The notes under the pieces are model-generated. The model saw only the letters and a list, made by a program, of their open reading frames with translations, ran no database searches and was not told where the DNA came from. Positions 8,434 to 16,477 of a stretch of DNA of 21,367 nucleotides are shown in pieces. Position numbers and translations under genes: made by a program. The stretch is taken from NCBI GenBank assembly GCA_019058245.1, contig JAHPZJ010000018.1:1-21367 (forward strand), in the 5' to 3' direction. The stretch is from Promethearchaeota archaeon. GTDB taxonomy: Archaea > Asgardarchaeota > Lokiarchaeia > Sigyniarchaeales > SOKP01. How positions within the stretch are numbered: the stretch's first letter is position 1; each line of letters opens with the position of its first letter.

Positions 8434-8660
8434 TTTTAATTCCTCCTAAGTATACCTATAAACTGAAAAAATGGTATGTAATAAGCAAATTCATAAAGGA
8501 TTCAATGAATATTAATTTTCTCTCTATAAATAATTAAGAAACCTATAATATAAGTGAAAATTAAAAATTATGATTATAATATGAAATTGATTTAAAAAAT
8601 TTTACAAGGAAATAATTAATCATAATTCATTTTAAAATTATAAATTCCTGGTTGCTTAAA

Positions 8661-9167
8661 ATGGAAGAATATAAACGGTTTACAATTTCGTTGCCTCAAG
8701 ATTTATACGACAAATTTGAGGAATTTAGAAATAAGATAGGAATATCAAGATCTGATGCGATTAGAAAAGCAATGCATCTTTTTATGATACAAGAAGATAA
8801 TATTTCTAGAGTATCTGAAAATGTTGTAGGGTGTCTTGCGATAATGATGTCTCATGAGCATGTCGATTTAAATCATGAGCATTCTCATGATGATTTACAT
8901 GATTCTGATCATGATCATAAATATAGTTCAAAATCTATATATGCCAGTGTTCAACAAGCAGATGAAATCCTAAAAAATGATATTCAGCATCATTTTCATG
9001 ATATCATTATTTCTACCATGCATGTTCATTTAGAATACGAAAAATGTCTTGAAATAATAGCTGTATCTGGACCATTTGATAGTGTAAAAAGATTAAAAGA
9101 TGATCTTCAGAGGTTAAAGAGCGTTTTATCTATTGGATTTTTTACCATGGATAAAGAAATTGGATAA
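8661..9167 (+). CDS. nikR: NikR-family nickel-responsive regulator with a His-rich insertion
   Basis: N-terminal ribbon-helix-helix (KRFTISLP...SRSDAIRKAM); C-terminal metal-binding domain with IQH, MHVHL and CLEII (the His3-Cys Ni ligands). ATG at 8661 is preferred over TTG at 8652. Confidence 0.88.
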   Translation: MEEYKRFTISLPQDLYDKFEEFRNKIGISRSDAIRKAMHLFMIQEDNISRVSENVVGCLAIMMSHEHVDLNHEHSHDDLHDSDHDHKYSSKSIYASVQQADEILKNDIQHHFHDIIISTMHVHLEYEKCLEIIAVSGPFDSVKRLKDDLQRLKSVLSIGFFTMDKEIG

Positions 9168-9414
9168 AAACTTTAGAAAAATAAGATATTAGGGAGTAAT
9201 AAAATAAGAATAAATTATTCCTTTTTCTTTAGAAATAGAAAGGTATAAGGCGATTTAGGTTGGAATATTTATTCTTTATTTTGTAAGGGTGTGTGTGTTA
9301 ATTTTATAATTGATTTTTACAAATTAAAACATCAAAAGTCTGTAAAATTAGTAATTTTTCTTTGATGAAAATTTAGGATAGAAATTAAAAAAAAAAATAA
9401 TTCATTAATTAAGA

Positions 9415-9612
9415 TTATAGATCTTTTTCTTGGACTGTTTTCCTATTATTTGCTTTGGCTCTTCCGATTGCCTTGTCAAGAATGCCAATGATTGCGTCAT
9501 TAAGTGCAGGACCATCAATTAGATCTCCACTTGTGTTGCATCCTTTACCTTTAATATATTCTCGGACTTTACTTTTTACAAAAAGAGCCTCTACAGCAGC
9601 TTTTTTAGCCAT
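9415..9612 (-). CDS. Short histone-fold protein, alpha3-truncated (face-to-face/Bd0055-like type)
   Basis: 65-aa basic protein: LFVKSKVREYIK (alpha1), NTS loop, long alpha2, and RAKANNRKTVQEKDL at the C-terminus. GGAGGA Shine-Dalgarno at 9620-9625. Confidence 0.85.
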   Translation of the reverse strand: MAKKAAVEALFVKSKVREYIKGKGCNTSGDLIDGPALNDAIIGILDKAIGRAKANNRKTVQEKDL

Positions 9613-9820
9613 TTTTTATTCCTCCAATTATGTTTTTAAAAAGGTTTTAAATAAATTTATTAACTTAATTATTATTCCGTCTTCCTTATTTTTAAACTTT
9701 AAGGTTAGATCATCTTAAACGATGAATAACAACCTTCTAAATGCAATTTTTTGAAAAATAAAATCATATAAAAAGAATTACAGATTTTAAAATAAATTGC
9801 AAATTTAGCAAAAAGTTATC

Positions 9821-9837
9821 ATTTCCAAATTGGAAAT
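9821..9837. promoter_or_regulatory. Perfect 8-1-8 palindrome, candidate operator
   Basis: ATTTCCAA-A-TTGGAAAT, near the middle of the divergent histone / longin-roadblock intergenic region. Confidence 0.3.
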
Positions 9838-10043
9838 TCAAAAATATAATTATTAAACTAAGTATTTTTTATAGAAATGGTTTTTCCTAAGAAGAAAATA
9901 AAAAGTAAAGATTAAATATAGAATATTGTAGTTAAAAATAGGTTATAAGAAATTGAAAGAAATAACATAATTGTCAATTATTTTAAATTTCTTTAATTTA
10001 ACAAAATTTTGAAAAGTTTGCGATTTTTATAGTTCAATTATAA

Positions 10044-10853
10044 TTGTGTATTATGGGAATAAAAGATCAATCGCCTATGCAAACAAAGATCAGAAGATCA
10101 TATGATAATACAATTATACACAATATCTTCATTTTTAATAGATCTGGGATATGCTTCTATGGGAAGTATTTTACAGATTATTTTACTATTGAAAAAAACT
10201 TAGTATCACCCTTTATTACTGCTTTAATGTCTTTTTCTAAAGAAATGATTGGAAAAGGATTTAAAACAATAGAAATGGGAGATGTTAAAATTGTAATTTT
10301 TGAAAAAGGGCAAATAAATTATAGTGTTTTATGTGATTCATCTGAAAACGACTTATTTTTAGGAGATATCATTTTCGAAATTAATAAACGACTTCGAGCA
10401 TATATAAATAAGAATAAAATTAACATAGATGCCGAAATTGTATATGATAGTAAATTGATTGAAATAATTGATAATATAATAGATGATACACTGAGTAGTG
10501 AATTTGATTTAAAATCAGAACAGAAAATTCTCGAATATCTGAAAGAAATCATCCTTATAGATGAAATTGATGGAATTATTCTATTGACTAATAGGGGAAA
10601 AGTAATATATTCATCTTATAACAAATTAGATTTAAAAAATTTTATGAAAGAAGTTGATTTCCGAGTAAAAATATTTAACAATTCTATACTAAAGCTTTTT
10701 TATACCTTCAAAGATAAGAGATTTATTTTTTCGGAATATGTTCAAAATACTTATTTTCTAATACTAGTGTTTGATTCGTACGTAAAATTTGGAATGGCTG
10801 AGCATTATTTAACTCAAATTGTAAATTCTGTAAAGAAACTGATATTATCTTAG
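10044..10853 (+). CDS. Longin-like domain plus C-terminal roadblock/longin-like domain protein
   Basis: N-domain pattern IHNIFIFNRSGICFY...LVSPFITALMSFSKEM...IEMGDVKIVIFE...YSVLCD is longin-like. C-domain EIDGIILLTNRGKVIYSS...FIFSEYV..YFLILVFD...GMAEHYLTQIVNSVKKLI is roadblock/LC7-like. The true start may be ATG 10053 or 10077. Confidence 0.7.
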   Translation: MCIMGIKDQSPMQTKIRRSYDNTIIHNIFIFNRSGICFYGKYFTDYFTIEKNLVSPFITALMSFSKEMIGKGFKTIEMGDVKIVIFEKGQINYSVLCDSSENDLFLGDIIFEINKRLRAYINKNKINIDAEIVYDSKLIEIIDNIIDDTLSSEFDLKSEQKILEYLKEIILIDEIDGIILLTNRGKVIYSSYNKLDLKNFMKEVDFRVKIFNNSILKLFYTFKDKRFIFSEYVQNTYFLILVFDSYVKFGMAEHYLTQIVNSVKKLILS

Positions 10854-10928
10854 CTCGTTTTTAATTCAAAAATTGTCTATTTAATTATTTATTGGTTAAA
10901 ATCATCCTAGAACTTGAAAATATTAGAT

Positions 10929-10954
10929 AAAGATTTAAATTTATGATTCATAAA
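10929..10954 (+). promoter_or_regulatory. BRE/TATA-like promoter plus adjacent 7-1-7 palindrome upstream of rubrerythrin
   Basis: AAAGATTTAAAT (10929-10940) is followed directly by TTTATGA-T-TCATAAA (10940-10954). Confidence 0.4.
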
Positions 10955-11012
10955 AAGTAAATTAAAAAAGATCCTAATATATTCATAAAGTAAAAATTAG
11001 TGTGAAGCAAAT

Positions 11013-11516
11013 ATGTCAAAAACAGAAGAAGGATTAAATGAAGCATTTGCTGGAGAATCACAGGCAAATCGAAAATATTTAGCATTTGCTCAAAAGGCAG
11101 ATCAAGAAGGATTTTCTCAAATAGCAAAACTTTTTAGAGCCGCTGCTGCTGCTGAAACAGTTCACGCACATAATCATCTCAGAGTTCTTGGTGGTGTAAA
11201 ATCAACAAAAGAGAATTTAAAAATTGCTGTAGAAGGTGAGCTTTATGAATTTACTAAAATGTATCCTGAATTCCTCGAAGCAGCTAGAAACGAAGGAAAC
11301 AAGGATGCTGAAAGAACTTTTAATTATGCTAACGAAGTTGAAAAAATTCATCATAAATTATATTCGGATGCTTTAGAATCAGTTGAAAATGGCAAGGATC
11401 TAGAGAAACAAGAAATATACATATGTCCTGTGTGTGGATATACCCATGAAGGAGATCCACCCGAAAAGTGTCCGGTTTGTGGAGCAGCAAAAAAAGTTTT
11501 TAAAGCAATTACTTAA
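11013..11516 (+). CDS. rbr: Rubrerythrin
   Basis: Diiron motifs AFAGESQA, AETVHA, GELYE..MYP and EKIH, plus a C-terminal rubredoxin-like CPVC...CPVC. Confidence 0.96.
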   Translation: MSKTEEGLNEAFAGESQANRKYLAFAQKADQEGFSQIAKLFRAAAAAETVHAHNHLRVLGGVKSTKENLKIAVEGELYEFTKMYPEFLEAARNEGNKDAERTFNYANEVEKIHHKLYSDALESVENGKDLEKQEIYICPVCGYTHEGDPPEKCPVCGAAKKVFKAIT

Positions 11517-13120
11517 TTTTTTTTATTTTTCAAATACATAATCCAAGGACTATAATAGTTTTTTATTTTTAGTAAATATTTATCTATAGAAAAATTCAAT
11601 TCTTTTTCTGCTTTTTGTAAATTAACAAAATTAGCACCATTATAATAATAATTAAAAAGAATATCTGAAATATCTTGATTCCCTAAAGAAATCATTGTTT
11701 GAAGTCTTGCGTTCTTAATAATATTTGTATAATTTTTGAATTTCAGTTTTATTGAAGAAAATTTATTTAATTCCTTTTCTAATATTTGATATTTATCTCT
11801 TAGACTATTGATATTTTTTTCTAGGTAAAAATATATCTCTTTCTCATATGGTGTGTTTAATTTTGGAATAAAAGGATTTATGTTAACCCTAAGACTGTTT
11901 TTATCAAAGCCTAAATTATTAATTTGCCCTAATAAATTGATGATATCTTGAATATCAGCTTCATTTTCATTTGGTAAACCTATTAAGAAATACATTTTTA
12001 CATTCTTTATAAGAGATTCTTTAATTTGAGTGAGAATAGAAATTATCTTCTCATTCGATATTTTTTTACCAAGTGCATATCTTAAGCTTTCTGAACCTGT
12101 TTCTGGAGCAATTGTAATTGTTTTGATATTTCCTTTTTCTAATAATTGGATTATTTCTTTATTAATATGCTCAATTCGAATTGATGGAATTGTTAATCTT
12201 TTTCCTTTATTAATTATAAATTCACAGATTTGCATAAACTTAGGATGAGAAGATACACAAGAACCTATAAGACTTATAGTTTCGAAATTGGAATATTTTA
12301 TTCCTTCTTCTATAATATTTGTAATATTTTCAAGTGTTCTATTTCTAAATGGAGAATTATGAAACGAAGATATACAAAATTTGCATTGATATGGACAGCC
12401 ACGATTTACTTCAATAAAAAAATTCCACCCAAAAATTTTTTTATCTGAAGTTTTGTCCATCAATTGAAGAGTAGGATTTGGTGAATTATTTAGATTTTTT
12501 AATACTGCTCTATTGACTTTATTTCTTAGCTTAGGGATTAAAATTCCTTCAATTTTTGCTGCTTCATGAAAAAATGCTTCATATTTAATTTTATTCTTTT
12601 TCAAATTGAGAAATACATCAAACAATTGTCCTAAATTTTGCTCTGAATCACCTATAAAAAGAACATCGAATATCTTAAATAATGGTAAAGGATTTGAAGT
12701 TACAACTGGTCCCCCACCTATAATTAATGGAAAATGTTTTTTTTTTTGAAATATCGAGATTTGTCGTTCTTGAGAGGTTAATGGAATGTTCGCTTTGTCT
12801 AAAATCCATAAAATATTTTTAAAATCATTTTCAAAATGTAATGAAAAACCTAAGATATCAAAATCTTCTGGTAGTACTTTATTTTCAATTGAGCGTAAAT
12901 TATTTTTTGATGAATAATCTTTAGAAGCAGGAAATTTTAAATTTAAATCATCGGGAATAAAAATGAGTTCACAGGCAATATTATCAAAAGAATTTATTAA
13001 GAAATAGAGCAATCTAATAGAATATGAAGATATACCTAGCGAAAATTTATTTGGATAAATTAATCCAAAGGAAAAATCGATTTTACGCCAATCTTTAATT
13101 ATAACATTCTCTATATTCAT
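11513..13120 (-). CDS. Radical SAM protein with an N-terminal B12-binding-like domain
   Basis: CxxxCxxC motif EVNRGCPYQCKFC; also FDILGFSLHFE, IIGGGP, IGDSE, TIAPETGSESLR, YFLIGLP and FIPKLNTP. Confidence 0.88.
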   Translation of the reverse strand: MNIENVIIKDWRKIDFSFGLIYPNKFSLGISSYSIRLLYFLINSFDNIACELIFIPDDLNLKFPASKDYSSKNNLRSIENKVLPEDFDILGFSLHFENDFKNILWILDKANIPLTSQERQISIFQKKKHFPLIIGGGPVVTSNPLPLFKIFDVLFIGDSEQNLGQLFDVFLNLKKNKIKYEAFFHEAAKIEGILIPKLRNKVNRAVLKNLNNSPNPTLQLMDKTSDKKIFGWNFFIEVNRGCPYQCKFCISSFHNSPFRNRTLENITNIIEEGIKYSNFETISLIGSCVSSHPKFMQICEFIINKGKRLTIPSIRIEHINKEIIQLLEKGNIKTITIAPETGSESLRYALGKKISNEKIISILTQIKESLIKNVKMYFLIGLPNENEADIQDIINLLGQINNLGFDKNSLRVNINPFIPKLNTPYEKEIYFYLEKNINSLRDKYQILEKELNKFSSIKLKFKNYTNIIKNARLQTMISLGNQDISDILFNYYYNGANFVNLQKAEKELNFSIDKYLLKIKNYYSPWIMYLKNKKN

Positions 13121-13157
13121 ATAAAAAAACTTTAAGACTTAGATGTTTAAGTATTGT

Positions 13158-13964
13158 TTAATTTTGAGTTTTAGATCCATTTAATGCTTTAATTTTCTTA
13201 ATTTCTTCTACAATTAATGGCAAAACAATTCCCGTTTTTTGATTAATAACAATATCAGAACGTTCATCTAAATATGTTGGTTCATCGTTAATAATTATCA
13301 ACTTTCCTCCTTGATTTAACGTATAGATTGGCAAATCACAAATTGGGGCAACCTCGAGGGAAGACCCCGCTATTAACATGATATCTGTTTTTTTTGCCAA
13401 ATCTATAGACATATATTTTTCAAAATTGGGAAGATTTTCTCCAAATAGTACGACTGAAGGTTTCAAGGGTGATGCGCAAGAATCACATACGGGAAGTAAA
13501 CTTTTTTCTTTTTTTGTTTTTTGTAAAATTACATCTTTACTATAACTCGCACCACATCCTAAACAAGTAAATCTATTAATATTTCCATGAACTTCATACA
13601 CTATTATAGATCCCGCTTTTTGATGTAAACCATCAATGTTTTGTGTGATTATTGCTTTAATAATATTCATTTTTTCAAGATAAGTGATAGCATAATGACC
13701 AGGATTAGGTTTAGCATTGAACAAAGTAGGTGCTATATCTTCTGCCATTTTCCAAAATTTTGATGGATTCGTTAGGAGACTTTTCAACGTACCATATGTT
13801 TCAACGGGGTATTTTTTCCAAATACCATCTTTGCCTCTAAAATCCGGAATCCCAGATTCTGTTGAAATTCCCGCTCCAGTTAACACTATAGCATGTTTTG
13901 AACTGAGCAGCAATTCTGCTGCTTTTTTAACATTCTCTTTTTCTGTTGGGTTTAATACATCCAT
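13158..13964 (-). CDS. cobB: NAD-dependent protein deacylase, Sir2 family
   Basis: Motifs TGAGISTESGIPDFRG, PNPGH, ITQNIDGLH, EVHG, Zn-site CLGC...CDSC, KPSVVLFGE and GSSL. Confidence 0.95.
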   Translation of the reverse strand: MDVLNPTEKENVKKAAELLLSSKHAIVLTGAGISTESGIPDFRGKDGIWKKYPVETYGTLKSLLTNPSKFWKMAEDIAPTLFNAKPNPGHYAITYLEKMNIIKAIITQNIDGLHQKAGSIIVYEVHGNINRFTCLGCGASYSKDVILQKTKKEKSLLPVCDSCASPLKPSVVLFGENLPNFEKYMSIDLAKKTDIMLIAGSSLEVAPICDLPIYTLNQGGKLIIINDEPTYLDERSDIVINQKTGIVLPLIVEEIKKIKALNGSKTQN

Positions 13965-14237
13965 TTTCTGGTTAATTATTAGTATTTACTTTTTATGAGG
14001 TATTAGTTCTAATAAATTATAATTATTCAATTTACTAATTAAATTTTTAAATTTTATATAGAAAATTAAAATTATATTTATGTCCGTGATATATGCAATA
14101 AAAAAGTAAATAAAAGTATCAATTAATAATAGTATATTATTTCTTAACTTGTAATCAAAAAAAATTAATATATTCAATTATTCTATCATTAATTATAGCT
14201 AATTTATAACTTTTTACTCCCTTAAAGGCTTGAAGAT

Positions 14238-15134
14238 TTGATCTCTGGTTTTACAATTATTTTAGAAGATGAAATTTTATTTTGTTCTAATGAACACAAA
14301 TACAGTTCTTTTGAGATAGTTTTATTTGTGGAAAAACTATTGAATTTTTTCCAATGGCGATTAAAAAATATTTGTCTAAAAAATAAAAGGTTTGGTAGAG
14401 AATGCATTATCGTTGAACACATTATTACAAAAGCAGGTCAAAATTTGTTCTTTTGTTGTGTAGGAAAATTTAGTGTACGCTCACAAGAAGCACCTAAAAT
14501 GTTAAAAGAATTCCTTAATCAAGTGTGTAAACAATATAACGATCTTGATCGATTGAAATTCGCTTCTGAAGAACCTACATTTGATCAAGTAATTAATTTA
14601 ATAATTGAATATTTACATGATAAATACTTAGATCCATTAGAGGAAGAAGCAATCTATGAAAAAACCAATAATAATGGTCAAAATAATATATTATACGCAG
14701 GAATCTCTGCTCAGGGATTACCAATAATTTCTCAACTATATGATGATAGTCTTTTGAAAAATTTGGAAAAAGAAAAAACTAATGAAAATATAGAATTATT
14801 TACTTCGGATTTATCTGCTAAATTGGCTACAATATCTATGAACACTCAAATTCGTGCTAAAACAAAAATTAAAGAAATTCATTTAGATGACGCTAATACA
14901 AATCAATTGAATAATGAAAAAAAAGTCATATTTTTTGGAAATATATATAGTTATTCAATTGATTTTATAGCAACTGGTAATTTTTATACAATAAAATCTA
15001 TTTTTAAGCAATTAAAAGCAAAAATGGCTTTAGATTCTGCTTTTAAAAATGATTTTTTAGGCGATTTAAGACCGTATAGACACCTTAAACTTTATCTTGA
15101 TGAAGCTGTTAAAGAATTAGATCAAATATACTAA
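14238..15134 (+). CDS. Hypothetical protein with probable tandem longin-like domains
   Basis: Two beta-beta-alpha-beta-beta-beta-alpha-like units: MISGFTIILEDEILFCS...NLFFCCVG and NILYAGISAQGLPIISQLY...LSAKLATISM...YSIDFIATG. TTG start. Confidence 0.5.
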   Translation: MISGFTIILEDEILFCSNEHKYSSFEIVLFVEKLLNFFQWRLKNICLKNKRFGRECIIVEHIITKAGQNLFFCCVGKFSVRSQEAPKMLKEFLNQVCKQYNDLDRLKFASEEPTFDQVINLIIEYLHDKYLDPLEEEAIYEKTNNNGQNNILYAGISAQGLPIISQLYDDSLLKNLEKEKTNENIELFTSDLSAKLATISMNTQIRAKTKIKEIHLDDANTNQLNNEKKVIFFGNIYSYSIDFIATGNFYTIKSIFKQLKAKMALDSAFKNDFLGDLRPYRHLKLYLDEAVKELDQIY

Positions 15135-15158
15135 TTAAATATATTTTTAAAAATTCAT

Positions 15159-16445
15159 ATGAAAGCTGTAATATTAGCGGCAGGAGAAGGAAAAAGATTA
15201 AAACCCATTACATCTTTAGTGCCAAAACCGATGATTCCTTTATTAGGAAAACCAATTTTAGAACATATTATATTGGGATTGAAAAACATTGGAATAAATA
15301 ATATCTTACTAATTGTAGGATATAAACAAGAAATAATAAAAAACTATTTTGAAAAAGTTGCGAAGCAAATTAATGTAAAGATTGAATATATCGTCCAAGA
15401 AGAATATTTAGGTACTGCTCATGCGGCGAGTTATGCTAAAAAATTCATAGAAGATGACACTTTTCTGATGATGTATGGAGATATATTTGTAGATACTAAA
15501 CTTTTTAAAGATATTATACAGAAATTTGACCAAAATAATTTTGATGGGTTAATTGCATTAAAAAAAGTAAATAATCCACAAGATTATGGAATTATAACAT
15601 TAAATTCTCAAGAGTTTGTAGAAAAAATTATTGAAAAACCAATTCCCCAACAAAAAGCAGGAAATTTAGCTAATGCGGGAATTTATATTTTTAAACCATT
15701 GATTTTTGAAGCAATTGAAAAAACTCAAAAGTCTGCTCGAAATGAATACGAATTTACAGATTCAATGGAGATATTAATTAATGAATTGAATGGAAAAATA
15801 GTAGGCTTTACCCTTGATGACCTTTTTTGGAATGATATTGGATTACCATGGCAATTATTTGATGCTAATCATTTTCTTTTAGATAAATTAAATAAGGAAA
15901 TTAATGGGAATGTAGAAGAAAACGTAAAAATTCAAGGAAAAGTATTTATCGGTAAGGGAACTATAATAAAATCTGGATCTTATATTCAAGGCCCATGTTT
16001 TATAGGAGAAAGTAATCTGATAGGACCAAATGCTTTTTTACGTCCTTACACTTCGATTGAAAACGATTGTCATATTGGAATGTCTGAAATTAAAAATTCA
16101 TTAATATTTTCTAATAGTGCCATTCCACATTTTAATTACGTAGGTGATAGTATAATATGCTCAAATGTCAATCTAGGTGCTGGGACTAAATTATCAAATT
16201 TACGTTTTGATAGGAGTACTATAAAAATGAAAATAAAAGATAAGATTATTGATTCAGGTCGTAAAAAATTAGGGGCTGTTATTGGTCCTAATTCTCAAAC
16301 CGGGATCAATGCTAGTATTATGTGTGGAAAAAAGATAGGCGAAAATTCTATTATTGGAGCACATACAATAGTTAATGAAGATGTAGCACCAAACACCTTA
16401 TATTATCAAGATTCAAACGGAAATGTAATAAAAAAATCTATATAA
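15159..16445 (+). CDS. glmU: Bifunctional sugar-1-phosphate nucleotidylyltransferase/acetyltransferase (archaeal GlmU type)
   Basis: Motifs ILAAGEGKRLKP, PKPM, LGTAHA, YGD, IIEKP, ANAGIY and RNEYE; C-terminal hexapeptide repeats with HFNYVGDS, NLGAGT, NLRFD and DSGRKKLGA. Confidence 0.9.
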   Translation: MKAVILAAGEGKRLKPITSLVPKPMIPLLGKPILEHIILGLKNIGINNILLIVGYKQEIIKNYFEKVAKQINVKIEYIVQEEYLGTAHAASYAKKFIEDDTFLMMYGDIFVDTKLFKDIIQKFDQNNFDGLIALKKVNNPQDYGIITLNSQEFVEKIIEKPIPQQKAGNLANAGIYIFKPLIFEAIEKTQKSARNEYEFTDSMEILINELNGKIVGFTLDDLFWNDIGLPWQLFDANHFLLDKLNKEINGNVEENVKIQGKVFIGKGTIIKSGSYIQGPCFIGESNLIGPNAFLRPYTSIENDCHIGMSEIKNSLIFSNSAIPHFNYVGDSIICSNVNLGAGTKLSNLRFDRSTIKMKIKDKIIDSGRKKLGAVIGPNSQTGINASIMCGKKIGENSIIGAHTIVNEDVAPNTLYYQDSNGNVIKKSI

Positions 16446-16477
16446 AATTAGTAATTTTATCGGAATAATTTTATCAA

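Noticed and set aside
9289-9297. GTGTGTGTG dinucleotide run
   Set aside because: Too short to be a meaningful microsatellite.
13986-14177. 63-aa hydrophobic ORF in the sirtuin / longin intergenic region
   Set aside because: Ile/Phe/Asn/Lys composition is what random AT-rich DNA produces; non-ATG start and no SD.
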